A stretch of DNA of 60,949 bases, the filler included. It is 8 parts of 8 records of this genome, joined end to end, with 100 filler letters (N's around TTAATTAATTAA, not from the genome) between each part and the next. Parts side by side here need not be neighbours in the genome. Positions count along the whole stretch, not along the records: positions 40,043 to 46,579 come from SRR31147125_35909; positions 46,680 to 52,311 come from SRR31147125_35914; positions 52,412 to 60,949 come from SRR31147125_35926; 5 more parts are not named here. One strand, written 5' to 3'. Under the pieces are notes generated by a model. The model made no database searches, had not been told where the DNA came from, and saw nothing but the letters and a program-made list of their open reading frames with translations. Both the position numbers and the translations under genes were made by a program. Below, one piece after another: positions 42,584 to 53,761 of this stretch (its first letter is position 1; each line of letters begins with the position of its first letter).

Positions 42584-42849
42584 ATGGAAATTTTGCTGCA
42601 AAGAGGGAGAGTCTTGTTTTTCAAGGAGACCGTCGCGGCCTCACCGTGCAATGCGGGGATGGTAGGCTGTGGGTTACGCAAGAGGAGGATTTCCGCGATC
42701 ATCTGCTTCAACGCGGCAAGCTCTTCGAATCGGCACTTCCCGGCCGCATTGTCGTCATGGCCCTCTCCGACAGCCGCCTGACAGTAGCGGAAGCTTTCCT
42801 GACCACCGGTCGCAATGCTTTACCCTTTGGGTTTGGCATTGCCCGCTGA
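42584..42849 (+). CDS. DUF2917 family protein (frameshift in the T-run at ~42617)
   Basis: GGAGG RBS; MEILLQRG joins TVQCGDGRLWVTQEEDFRDHLLQRG; divergent from MocR, a usual DUF2917 context. Confidence 0.7.
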
Positions 42850-42917
42850 ATTGCCATCCTCTGTAAAAAGGGCAAAAGCCCATATTTCAAACTTTTTATT
42901 TATACATCTTCTCCAAG

Positions 42918-43502
42918 TCAGGACTTTTCAGACTTAGCGGGCTGTACCGGCAATTTCAGGCGAGTCAAAGTTTTCCTCTCCGGAAAAAGCTCCCGGTCAT
43001 GAATCAGAATGAACTCCTGGAGATCTTTTTGACTCGCTGTAACCCTCACCGAGGAAGAAGAACCATCTTCCGTCACCTCTCCCGTCAATGCGCCACTCTT
43101 AACCGCTTTCTCTATAACCGCCGAGTCCATTAAAAAAAGGGTAAGATCGTCTCCATCCAAACCATACTTCACAAACAGGTACCCGCCACACTCGGTTCGC
43201 GGAGCGACCTTTTTAAGGTTCAGGTAGCGATTGCCCCGCAGAAAAGAAGGATGGCCTGAAAACTCCGAGCTCTCCATCGCCCCGCCCTCTTTGATATCGA
43301 CCATTAGAAATCTCATCAGGTTCGAATCCAGGTCTTTCCCGATATGGATAAAACCGGTCTCTCCACTTTCGGACCAGAACCAAGTGCCCATAAGGGCCGA
43401 ATCGCCCCTACTCTCGCCCGGAGCAGTCAGAGGGTTATCGGAACAGGGGACGCACCCCGCCAAAAACAGAGCCAGGACGGCTATTACAAGACGATGCACC
43501 AT
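42918..43502 (-). CDS. Hypothetical lipoprotein
   Basis: Lipobox LAGC; NPL, D.ALMGTW, YLNL, YLFVKY. Confidence 0.75.
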   Translation of the reverse strand: MVHRLVIAVLALFLAGCVPCSDNPLTAPGESRGDSALMGTWFWSESGETGFIHIGKDLDSNLMRFLMVDIKEGGAMESSEFSGHPSFLRGNRYLNLKKVAPRTECGGYLFVKYGLDGDDLTLFLMDSAVIEKAVKSGALTGEVTEDGSSSSVRVTASQKDLQEFILIHDRELFPERKTLTRLKLPVQPAKSEKS

Positions 43503-43717
43503 ATTAGTTTTCCGGACTGAATCAGACCGATGCCTGGGAACCCAAAGAATCAGGATTGCAGCTTTGCAAGATCAGGCGACGGATTTAATCTGCCTGTGCA
43601 ACCCCTCTGAACGGAATTTACACCAAGGGAAATCCGATTTCACCCCTTTTGTCCGCTCCATCACAGAGGGGGACAGCGTTTCGCACAGATTTTGATCGAA
43701 ACGGGCAGGACAACTTC

Positions 43718-45082
43718 TCAGCCTTCGGACCCGCGTCCAGACTGATCCCCACTGTTTCGGTTGAAAGAGAAATCAACCTTGGGTTTTACCGACTGGCCGC
43801 CTATTTCGAGTACCGGATAGGCGAGAAAATTGATCGGTCCCGAAGCCGGTCCCGGTTCAACAACAAGGTCGCGGCCACGGCTGAACTCGAAACGGTTTGC
43901 CGGATGGTGGCCAAAGTAGTAGGTCGCCAGGCTCGTATATTTGTCGGCCTCGCTGATGTCCACCGGCCACCACTTGCCGTCGGCATAGAACTCCGCCCAG
44001 CAATGATAACCGTTCACGCCGCCCTCGTCACGTTCCGAGGGAATTGCCGCACCTATGGCGAAGCGCGCCGGGATGCCAACCTCTCTTGCCAGGGCAATGA
44101 AGTAGGAGTGAAAATCGGTGCAGTTGCCGGTCGCCACATCGCATGCGTAAACCGCGTCCCCCCTACCCCAGCCACTGCCGTGCTTGATATAGCGCACACG
44201 GTCGATAACATGGTCGTAAAGTGCCCGTGCGCGCACCAGATCACCCTTTTTGCCCTCCACGACCTGCTCTGCGATACCTCTTATCTTCTCATTGGCCGGC
44301 ACAAGACGCTCCGGCTTCAGGTATTTCTCCCGGTCGGGCAACTGGGCCGCATAACTGGCCTTCTCAAGGCGCTCTACGAGATAGAGAATCTCGACGCTTT
44401 TGCCGCTGTCCTCGGGACCAAGCTCGAGGAGAAGGACCCTGTTGCCGTGTTCACGATCATCCAGAACGCTCTGCTTACCGGGGGCGTCTATGGATTTCAC
44501 CTCCACGGTCTGGTAAGAGTCCGTGGCCGCCAGGGGAAGCCACATGCGAGCGGGACCGCTGATCTCGGGCAGTACAGCCCGGTAGAAAAACTCGAACCGG
44601 TCCTGCCCCTTGATGACACCAAGATGCTCTTGTGTCGCTTTTTCCACCGCGATGCGATGCCAGGTACCATCCTTTTTCTGCTCCCAGGCATAATAGGGCT
44701 GGCCATTGAATTTGTGCACCGTCGTTTCGGTAACCTTCATCGCACCCGGATCACCGCTGAGAAAAAAATCAACATCATACACATCACCGCTGACATCCAC
44801 CAGATCAACGCAGGCGAAATGACTGCGAGGTCCCAGATTCGCCAGATATTCGGTGTGGACGCGGACGAGGTTCAGGCGCAGCTCTTTATCGCCGAAAGGA
44901 AGTTTGAAATGTCCTCCGCCCAGGCGAACCTGCTCTTCGATGTACTTCTCAATGCCAGCCTGTATGTCGGCCGTCACCACAATCGGCACGGGGCCGGAAG
45001 CAACCTGAGGCTCTTTCCGTTCACAACCCGCCATCAGGACGCAAACCACCACCACAACTGGAATTATTGTTCGCCAGCTCAT
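43718..45082 (-). CDS. Transglutaminase-like lipoprotein with an extra N-terminal domain
   Basis: Lipobox MAGC; triad GNCTDFH, YHCWAEF, WWPVD; GIPARF. Confidence 0.88.
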   Translation of the reverse strand: MSWRTIIPVVVVVCVLMAGCERKEPQVASGPVPIVVTADIQAGIEKYIEEQVRLGGGHFKLPFGDKELRLNLVRVHTEYLANLGPRSHFACVDLVDVSGDVYDVDFFLSGDPGAMKVTETTVHKFNGQPYYAWEQKKDGTWHRIAVEKATQEHLGVIKGQDRFEFFYRAVLPEISGPARMWLPLAATDSYQTVEVKSIDAPGKQSVLDDREHGNRVLLLELGPEDSGKSVEILYLVERLEKASYAAQLPDREKYLKPERLVPANEKIRGIAEQVVEGKKGDLVRARALYDHVIDRVRYIKHGSGWGRGDAVYACDVATGNCTDFHSYFIALAREVGIPARFAIGAAIPSERDEGGVNGYHCWAEFYADGKWWPVDISEADKYTSLATYYFGHHPANRFEFSRGRDLVVEPGPASGPINFLAYPVLEIGGQSVKPKVDFSFNRNSGDQSGRGSEG

Positions 45083-45129
45083 AAAAAGACCTTTCTCAGG
45101 ACGTCATGCCACAGTTAAAGAGACAGGCT

Positions 45130-45342
45130 TTACTTTGAGGGCTGCTCCGGCTTCGCTTCCTCAGCCTTGGGATGCTCTGCCTTTGTCTCTTCAGCCTTAG
45201 GATGTTCTGCCTTAGCCTCTTCAGCTTTCGTCTCTACGGCCTTCGGTTGTTCTTTTTTGGCCGTGTCTTCCTTTTTGCCACAACTAGACAGGGACACGAG
45301 CAGCAAAGCCGACAAAATCACCACGCTCAATTTCTTTATCAT
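45130..45342 (-). CDS. Small lipoprotein with KAEEAKAEHP-type repeats
   Basis: AAGGAGG RBS, lipobox LSSC, three ~10-aa (30-nt) repeats. Confidence 0.78.
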   Translation of the reverse strand: MIKKLSVVILSALLLVSLSSCGKKEDTAKKEQPKAVETKAEEAKAEHPKAEETKAEHPKAEEAKPEQPSK

Positions 45343-45564
45343 AATCTGTTCCTCCTTTTCTTTCTGGTTGGGGTATGAACCCGCAACCAACAGGGAGAGC
45401 ATCCCTGGTGTCGCGGGCCGCCTTTACGAAACTTCAACTGTCTTAGTATATATACCTTGAATCCGTGAATTTACAATCGCAGGAGTCTCGCAGAAGGGCC
45501 TAAAAATTTTTATTTATCTGACCATGCATCCCGACATGCTGGTTACTAAAAGGCCTGAAAGGAT

Positions 45565-45601
45565 AAATGCCCGGACTCGCCTACGGCCGGGCATTTTTTT
45601 T
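45565..45601. terminator. Intrinsic terminator hairpin
   Basis: AAATGCCCGG-N12-CCGGGCATTT followed by a T-run. Confidence 0.65.
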
Positions 45602-45629
45602 GGCATTTAGATTAAGAACAAACCTAAGC

Positions 45630-46307
45630 TTATCCCTTCCCTCTCTTCTCTATCGCCTCCACCACAAACGGAAAAACCGTCTCGGCAACCACCTTGTATC
45701 CCTCGCCGGTGGGGTGAATACCGTCCTCCTGGTTGAGAGAAGCTTTGGCAGCCACCCCCTCAAGAAAAAACGGAATGTAGATCAGATCGTACGTCTTTGC
45801 CACCTCGGGGTAGACGGCGGAATACTCCTTGAGGTACTGCCGTCCCAGGTTGGTGACCATCTTCATCCCCGCCAGAACCACCGTTACTCCGTTCTCCTGA
45901 AGAATTCTCACGGCCTCCTCTAAATTTTTTCGGGTCAGCGAAGGTGAGGTTCCCCGCAAGCCGTCATTGGCCCCGGTTTCTAGAATGACGATGTCCGGTT
46001 CGAGCTTCAGCACCCAGTTGATTCGCGAAAGAGCCCCGCTGCTGGTCTCGCCGCTGATTCCGGCATTGACCACCCTCCATCGATACCCCTCGTCTCGCAG
46101 CTTGCGCTCAAGCCGAGCGGGATAGGCCACTTCCTCCCTGACCCGCAGACCAGCAGTCAAACTGTCCCCCATGGCGACAATGGTACCGTCATAAACCGTT
46201 TCCTGCTCCACGGTGGCCGCCTCCGGCGCATCGGAGCGATTGCATCCCCAAAGAATAAATCCCAAAGTCAAACCCCCTATCAACAAAAAAACCGCTCTAT
46301 TCTTCAT
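45630..46307 (-). CDS. tesA: SGNH/GDSL arylesterase, TesA-like
   Basis: GDSLTAG, NAGISGETS, ETGANDGLRG, NQEDGIHPT. Confidence 0.85.
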   Translation of the reverse strand: MKNRAVFLLIGGLTLGFILWGCNRSDAPEAATVEQETVYDGTIVAMGDSLTAGLRVREEVAYPARLERKLRDEGYRWRVVNAGISGETSSGALSRINWVLKLEPDIVILETGANDGLRGTSPSLTRKNLEEAVRILQENGVTVVLAGMKMVTNLGRQYLKEYSAVYPEVAKTYDLIYIPFFLEGVAAKASLNQEDGIHPTGEGYKVVAETVFPFVVEAIEKRGKG

Positions 46308-46679
46308 GACTTAATTCCTTTAAAAATGTCATTTCCTTCACAATCCAGGATTCTGAATTAGCAACAAAAAATACCAGCTACAAAAACCTTTTTCAGCCGC
46401 TGATCTGCGCTGATTAACGCTGATCCTTTAAAAACGTAAACCCAAATGATCAGGGGTTCTGGTTGAAACCGCCTTCAATCTTGTTGCCCCTCTACCCGTG
46501 TTTTCAGGATTTTCTTCAGCCTTCAGCCTACTACCTTTTCACCTGCTTTATCATGCCTTTTCAGTGTCAATCAGTGGCCNNNNNNNNNNNNNNNNNNNNN
46601 NNNNNNNNNNNNNNNNNNNNNNNTTAATTAATTAANNNNNNNNNNNNNNNNNNNNNNNNNNNNNNNNNNNNNNNNNNNN

Positions 46680-47399
46680 CTTTTCCCTTTTTCGAGCTTT
46701 TGCATTTGCGCATTATCAATGCTGTCTCTCACCTCGGGATTTAACAGCATGCCTTCATTAAAAAATAGTGAATACAAATATTCGCCCTGATCATTAAAAT
46801 ATCTCCATTCTTCGTGTCTCAAGTTATTTTTATAATGTGCTTCCAATTCCGTGTGTCCGTTTTCAAAATAAGATAAAAACAGGCCATTCCGCATGTTGTC
46901 CTTGAATTTACATTGCATAAACGGTTTTCCATTTTTATAAAAAACCTGGTATTTCCCCTCCTGTTTCCCATTTATCCATTCTGTTTCCTCCAGCAACTCA
47001 CCGGTATCATAAAATTTTCTGGAAATCCCATTTTTTTCTCCCGCAGAATATTTTTCTTCCGCAATTTTCTGATTTTTGAAAACAGGCTCCAAGTGCCTTC
47101 CTTTTTTCGTTAACAAAATTACCCTCGGCAACCTTTTTCTGCCACACATCGAAAAGTTGAGCAAAAGCCGAATCGGAATTTTCGCGGTATTGAATAATGG
47201 CTTTTACCTGTCCTCCTTCATGAAAACGTTTCCATTCGCCAACGGGTTTACCATCCTGAAAACTACCTTCGTAAATTAGTTTTCCATTGGGTTGTTCTTT
47301 TTTCCAAAGTCCCTGGCGTAAACCGTTTGCATCGGTTTGATTGATTTGCGAAAACGATAAAAAAGGTAAGAATAAAAGTATAATAACTATAATTCCCAT
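46680..47399 (-). CDS. MORN-variant (YwqK-like) repeat protein (frameshifted, 3' truncated)
   Basis: Signal peptide, INQTDANGLRQGLW, repeated G.W..F/Y..G units. Confidence 0.8.
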
Positions 47400-47446
47400 A
47401 AAAACTATTTTGTAATAAAACTGCAAAACTATTATTTTATTTTATG

Positions 47447-49653
47447 TTACTCGCCAAGCATTTTCAGTAATAACCGAACAGAATTTACTGATTCTACTTT
47501 ATAATTTGCCGCTGTATTTTTTAATCCAACTTTAATGGTAATTGCATTTTCCGGCAGTTCTCTAAACATGTATTCATCCGTCCAATCATCGCCAATAGCA
47601 AGAACACTGTCGAACTGCCGGTCTTTTAAGAAACGCATTGCAGCAATTCCTTTATTTATTCCACCGGCTTTTACCTCAATTACTTTATTTCCTTCCATAA
47701 TTTCGAGGTTATGGTTTGCAATCATATTCCGCAATTCATCTTTTAATTCGTTGTACTCGCAAATCTCCTTGTTCAGGTTCCGATTTTCGGTAATGCCAAA
47801 CTAACGAGTAATTTTTTCTTCGATAAATGTACCCGGAGTTCTATCGACATATGTTTCCAGAATTGGCCTGATTAATGGTTTCCAGTCGCTGCTAATATTA
47901 TCAAGCATCTGCCATTCTTCTCCTTGCCTTTTAAGCCAAACTCCATGTTCAACAATAAGATTTACTTTATGATTCCCCAGCCACCTCTCAAGTGTTTCTC
48001 TGTCGCGGCCACTGATTATTGTAATCGTATTTCTATTATCTTTTTCTAAATTTGTTAATAATTCATGAAGTGTACTATCGGGGCTTGCAGCTTGAGGATC
48101 GTTTTTAAAACCAACTAAAGTTCCATCATAATCAAGAAAGATTTCTCTCTTTTTTGCCTTTTTCACCTGCTCAACAATTTCTTTTCGAACAGAAGGAGTA
48201 ATTAACTTTGCTAAAAGTTCTGTTGTATTTTTTCAATTTTCTGAAGTCCTTTTATAAATTCATTTGCCCATTTAAAAACATCGTAACGGCTTATTCTTTT
48301 TTGTAAAAACTGCATACGTTCGCGTTGTTCCTGCACCGGCATATTCAGAGCCTGAGAAATTGCATCAGCAATCTCCGATTCGTTATTTGGGTTAATAATA
48401 ATTGCTTCTCCCATTTCTTTTGAAACGCCTGCCATTTCGCTAATAATCATAACTCCGGTATGATTTACACGCGAAGCAATATACTCTTTTGCAACCAGGT
48501 TCATTCCATCGCGAACCGGAGTTACAAGTGCCACATCGGAATTACTATATAACTCAATAAGGTTATCAAAAGGCAACGAGCGGTAAAAATACCATACGGG
48601 AGTATAATTAACTCCTCCAAACCGACCGTTTATTCTTCCAACCAGCTCATCTACTTCGCTTTTCAACAATTTGTACTGCTCTACTTCACTTCGCGAAGGA
48701 ACAACCAACATAATGAGAGTAACCAGATTTATAAATTCAGGATGACGCTCCAGAAATAATTCAAATCCTTTTAACCGATTAGGAATTCCTTTGGAATAAT
48801 CTAACCTGTCGATAGATAAAATGAGTTTTCTTTCCGGCGAATCCATGTAATATTTTTCTAATTCGCGATGTAACTCCGACTTCTCCTGTTGTGTTTTCTG
48901 AATTAAATCCTCGGCCTTTTTTCTGAATTTCTCATAATCGATTCCCATGGGAAAAGCATCGCCCATTATAATTCGATCTTCCACATGAATTTGGTTAAAC
49001 GAAATTTCGTAACCCAGCAATCTACGAACTGAACTAAAAAAGTGCCGTTCATAATCATAAGTATGAAAACCAATTAAATCGGCGCCCAACATTCCGGTAA
49101 TTAATTCTTTTCGCCAGGGTAAGGTTCTAAACACCTCGAACGAGGGAAAAGGAATATGCAAAAAGAAACCAATAGTAACACCCGGTTTTTCCGATTTTAT
49201 CATTTCGGGCACCAGCAAAAGCTGATAATCGTGAATCCAGATTGTATCGCCATCGTTAAGAGTTTCCAGTGTTTTGTCTGCAAATTTCCGGTTAACTTTT
49301 TTATATGCTTCCCAATATTCAGTATTGTATTCAATAAACTGAGCAAAATAATGGAAAAGTGGCCAAATTACATTATTACTGAATCCCTCGTAATACAGGT
49401 TTATTTCTTCTTTAGTTAAGTGAACCGCTAAGCAATTCTCTTTAACCAGCTCATCATCAATCTGTTTAATTTCTTTATTGGAAAGTTCATCCCGATCGAT
49501 ACCAGACCACCCTATCCACTGCCCGCCATAATCTTTATAAATCGACCGCATTCCGGTGGCCAATCCGCCAACACTAGGCGTTAACTTTAACTGTTTTTCA
49601 TTTCTTTCGATACTAAGTGGCAAACGGTTGGAAACAATATGAATTTTACTCAT
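47447..49653 (-). CDS. Bifunctional trehalose-6-phosphate synthase/phosphatase (fused OtsA-OtsB; frameshifts at ~48210 and ~47760-47810)
   Basis: VSNRLP, GGLA, WIHDYQL, FLHIPFP, DRLDYSKG, DGMNLVAKEY; HAD motifs FLDYDGTL, ISGR, IGDDWTDE. Confidence 0.94.
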
Positions 49654-49844
49654 TATAATTATCGTTTTTAATTCAATCCTGTATTTGTAAAGTTTAACAA
49701 ATAATAATTGAAAATTTCAGATTCCAATTATTATAGTTCACAAAAAACACTGTTGTTAACTTTCATTTTGAATATAGCGTTATTTTAAATAAATTAAGAA
49801 AAAAAGGCCATATTCGTGCAGTCAAAGTTACAACCATTTTGTTT

Positions 49845-51654
49845 ATGAAGAATTTAAATTACGGTATTGTTGGAAATTGCAGGAGCGGAGCATTAATTTC
49901 GGAAGAGGGTAATATTGAATGGTTATGCCTTCCTGTTTTTGATTCTTCATCGGTTTTTGCACAGATTTTGGATGAAACGAAAGGTGGCAGTTTTCAGATT
50001 TCAGCAAAAAATGTTCAAAATATTAGTCAATCATATATCTCACGTACAAATATTCTGGTAACACGTTTTACTTGCGAAAGCGGCATATTTGAGATACATG
50101 ATTTTATGCCAAGATATAGGCAACAAGACACTGGTAATTATTACATACCGCCCGATATTATACGTTATTTTAAACACATTTCAGGAACTCCGGAATTCAC
50201 TATCAATTATAATCCACAACTGGAATATGCTAAATACCCTACGCAAAATAAAATTGAAGACAATTACATAAAATCGGTTACTAAAAAAGGAACGTACGAC
50301 TCGTTGTATTTATACTCCAGTTTTAACCTGAAATCTATTTTAAAAGCTGAAACGATTTCACTTACAAAAGATGAATTTTGCCTTGTAAGTTACAATCAAA
50401 AGTTATTACCACAAGATGTTCGTCGTGCTGAACTAAAACTGGAAAGAACAAAAGTATACTGGCTAAACTGGGCAGAACGAACAACATCGTATAAAAAATA
50501 CGAAGATGAAATAATTCGCAGCGCTTTAACTCTTAAAATGTTAAGTTTCGATAAAAGCGGTGCAATTTTAGCGGCCTTAACAACCTCGTTACCAGAAACT
50601 ATTGGAGAAGAACGAAACTGGGATTATCGTTTCTGCTGGATTCGTGATGCTTCGATGGTAGTTAAAATTATGACCTCGCTTGGCCATTACAGAATGGCAA
50701 AACATTATTTGAATTTTATAATTGATATTCTCCCCGAGAAAGATGAGAAAATACAAATTATGTATGGACTCCGGGGTGAAAAAAAATTAACCGAACACGA
50801 ATTAACTCATCTTGCCGGTTATGAAAATTCGTTTCCGGTTCGAATTGGAAATGCAGCTTACAAACAAAAACAAAATGATGTTTACGGCATTCTTCTGGAT
50901 GTTATTTATCAGCATTTCGAGCTTTTCTCCATAAGTTTGGAATATAGCGAAGAACTGTGGACGATTGTTCGAAACATGATTAAGATTGTTGAAACAAACT
51001 GGAAAAAACCGGACAGAGGAATTTGGGAAATAAGAAGTGAAAACAAACATTTTACATTTAGTAAAGTTCTTTGCTGGGTGGGCGTCGACAGAGCCGTAAA
51101 AATTGCAGAATTATTAAAACGCGATTTATACATTAAATCATGGAGCAAGCTTAGAGATAAAATTAAAAGAGATATTTATGAAAATGCCTGGTCGGAAAAA
51201 GAAGAAATCCTTCACTCAGGCATATGGTTCCGACGATTTAGATGCTTCTGTACTTTTAATGGAATCTTACGGATTTATTTCAGCAAAAGATCAGCAGTAT
51301 ATTGATACGGTTTTGGCCATTCAAAAAGATCTTGAATTTAACGGACTAATGTATCGATACAAAAACCAGGATGATTTTGGCACACCAAAATCGGCATTTA
51401 CAATCTGTTCTTTTTGGCTCACAAACAGTTTATATAAAATAGGTCGCAAAAAAGAGGCCATTGAAAAGTTCAAAACTTTGCAAAATTATTCAAATCATTT
51501 AGGACTTTTTAGCGAAGATTTAGATTTTGAAACCAAACGCATGCTTGGGAATTTCCCACAGGCTTATTCGCATTTGGCACTTATCGAAACAGCCTTAACA
51601 ATTTCGAATGAAGAAACTACAGATGAAGAACAAATTCGCGATCAACTGCAATAA
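49845..51654 (+). CDS. Glycoside hydrolase family 15, probable trehalase (frameshift at ~51200)
   Basis: TTSLPE.IG.ERNWDYRFCWIRD, QNDVYG, PDRGIWEIR, FTICSFW, GLFSED, LGNFPQAYSH. Confidence 0.92.
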
Positions 51655-51658
51655 TAAA

Positions 51659-51686
51659 AAGCTGCCTGAAAAATTTCAGGCAGCTT
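51659..51686. terminator. Bidirectional terminator between GH15 and dps
   Basis: AAGCTGCCTGAAA-AA-TTTCAGGCAGCTT. Confidence 0.75.
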
Positions 51687-51707
51687 AACTTTATCGCGAT
51701 AAAATCT

Positions 51708-52154
51708 TTATCCTAAATACGATTCCAGCATCCAAATCTGTTTTTCAGCAAAACCAATCCAATCGCTCATCATTGCTGCGGTTCCCTCATCGTTCGATGC
51801 CGAAGCCTCTTCCATAATTTCGGTAAAACTGTTCAGCAAAAAGCGGGTGTTTTCCAAAACTAACTGAACACCTTCTTTTCCGTTCGATACATTTACTGCT
51901 TCTTTTAAAGTCGCTGTTTTCAGGTAATCTCCATAAGTGTGCAAAGGTTGCCCGCCAACCATTAAAATACGTTCTGCAATCTCGTCGATTACTTCGGAAG
52001 CCTGGTTATATAACTCCTCATATTTTTCGTGCAACATAAAAAACATAACTCCTTTAACATTCCAATGCATTCCTCTAAGATTCTGATAATAAACCTGATA
52101 ATCGGCTAATAACTTGTTCAGTTTTTCAATTACATTTTGATTCTTTGTTTTCAT
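51708..52154 (-). CDS. dps: DNA protection during starvation protein
   Basis: HWNVKG..FFMLHEKYEELY, IDEIAERI, EKQIWML. Confidence 0.93.
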   Translation of the reverse strand: MKTKNQNVIEKLNKLLADYQVYYQNLRGMHWNVKGVMFFMLHEKYEELYNQASEVIDEIAERILMVGGQPLHTYGDYLKTATLKEAVNVSNGKEGVQLVLENTRFLLNSFTEIMEEASASNDEGTAAMMSDWIGFAEKQIWMLESYLG

Positions 52155-52411
52155 AATTCTATTTTTTTTAAATTCAATATTTCCTATTTTTAACTGATCC
52201 AAATATACTATAAGTCGTATTTATTATATTTATACTGTTATTAATAATAATTATACTATGAATTTTTCACAACTTGAATATTTAAAGCAATTGTATGTTC
52301 AGGGAAGTTTTNNNNNNNNNNNNNNNNNNNNNNNNNNNNNNNNNNNNNNNNNNNNTTAATTAATTAANNNNNNNNNNNNNNNNNNNNNNNNNNNNNNNNN
52401 NNNNNNNNNNN

Positions 52412-52466
52412 GGGGGTGAGCGTCACCTGTCTTGCCGTCTGTTTTGGGCTCATCAATGCTGCTCAT
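52412..52466 (-). CDS. Possible 5' end of a gene cut by the contig end
   Basis: GGAG RBS then ATG (MSSIDEPKTDGKTGDAHP), open to the contig end. Confidence 0.3.
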
Positions 52467-52843
52467 GGACACTCCGTCATGTGGTTATGGGATCCGGGTC
52501 TATCTATCCTTGCGCGGGTCGCAAATGCCTGGTCTTGCATAGTTATACAAACTACCATATCACTCGCCGCACAATTGGCGGGATGGCCGGGTCATTGGTA
52601 CACGGCGGCCGACTCGCCATATGACAAACGGGCTTTTTGCCCGAATTTCACTTCAATAGGATAACTTTCAGCACGTTACGGCAGATGCCGGAGAGGCGCC
52701 ACGAAAGGCTTTTACTATCCAGACCGCCCCATTTTGTCAAGTCTAATTCAACGGATAGATTCTTTGAGGGCAATGGCGCCAGCGTAAAACCACCGCCGGT
52801 GCTATTGGTATAGCGAGGAGTTTGATATCATGATCACAAGTTA

Positions 52844-53698
52844 CTATTGCGCACCATAGCTGTGTAAACCTGCCAGCAAAAAGTTGACGCCGAAATAGGT
52901 GAACAGAACGGCTGCAAATCCGACAATGGAGATCACGGCGATCCGCTTGCCGCGCCAGCCGCGCATCATCCTGAAGTGCAGCAGAGCGGCATAGATCAAC
53001 CACGTGATCAACGACCAGGTCTCTTTGGGATCCCAGCTCCAGTATCGCGTCCAGGCCTGCTTCGCCCAGACCGCTCCGGTGATGATCCCGACCGTAAGGA
53101 ACAGGAAACCGAACATCACCAGTTGGTGGGTCAGCTCATCCAGCAGTTCCGTCGAGGGGATGTGCACCGCCATGCCTTTGCCCGACGCCTCGTTTTTCGT
53201 AGATTTGATCAAGTACATGATACTGACGCCAAAGGCCACGGCAAAGGCCGCATACCCCAAGAAACATGTTATGACATGGGCGATCAACCAGTTACTTTTC
53301 AGGGCTGGAATCAGCGGCTGAATCTCCTGACCCGGAGACAGTGATGCATAGGCGATTGCCAAGCAGGCCAGCGGCATGGCAAATGCACCGATCACCCGAT
53401 TCTTGTAGCGGCGCTCCACGACCAGGTAGATCACGCCAATTGTCCAGGCGAAAAAAACGAGGGATTCATACATATTCGAAAAGGGGGCATGGCCGAACTC
53501 ATCGCCCAGCTGATACGATTCAACCCAACGTAAAACAATCCCGGCCGTATTCCCCAGCCAGGCGAGCAGGGCAACCCATGTGGCGATCTTTCCCGGCATC
53601 TCCTTTCTGAAGATCCATGCGAACAGGTACAGCGTCCCCGCCAATCCATATATAAAGGTGACCACTGAGAGGACCGAAGCGTTATATGTCATATCCAC
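52844..53698 (-). CDS. ccsA: Cytochrome c biogenesis system II heme-handling protein (CcsA/ResC)
   Basis: HAPFSNMYESL, PALKSNWL.AHV, WWD motif WTRYWSWDPKETW, GLHSYG. Confidence 0.93.
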   Translation of the reverse strand: MDMTYNASVLSVVTFIYGLAGTLYLFAWIFRKEMPGKIATWVALLAWLGNTAGIVLRWVESYQLGDEFGHAPFSNMYESLVFFAWTIGVIYLVVERRYKNRVIGAFAMPLACLAIAYASLSPGQEIQPLIPALKSNWLIAHVITCFLGYAAFAVAFGVSIMYLIKSTKNEASGKGMAVHIPSTELLDELTHQLVMFGFLFLTVGIITGAVWAKQAWTRYWSWDPKETWSLITWLIYAALLHFRMMRGWRGKRIAVISIVGFAAVLFTYFGVNFLLAGLHSYGAQ

Positions 53699-53761
53699 TT
53701 TCCTTATCGTGAAGCTGTAATGTTTCAGAACCTATTGGTCATAAAAAATATTCAGCGAGGT

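Noticed and set aside
43317..43335. GGTTCGAATCC as a tRNA T-loop
   Set aside because: It lies inside a CDS and has no acceptor, D or anticodon stems around it.
43649..45118. 489-aa plus-strand ORF
   Set aside because: Antisense shadow of the transglutaminase gene in GC-rich DNA, with no motifs of its own.
46395..46425. GCTGAT short tandem motif (GCCGCTGATCTGCGCTGATTAACGCTGAT)
   Set aside because: Single short occurrence near a contig end, with no associated gene or second copy in view.
6398..52411. Recurring TTAATTAATTAA within N-runs as a biological repeat, and links across contigs (e.g. the mtn operon with ahcY)
   Set aside because: These are identical 100-nt artificial spacers. The contigs differ in composition and apparent taxonomy, so adjacency across spacers means nothing.
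52660..52715. Glycine-riboswitch-like GGAGAG...CGCC..GAAAGG
   Set aside because: The downstream conserved segment is missing and no suitable gene follows on that strand.
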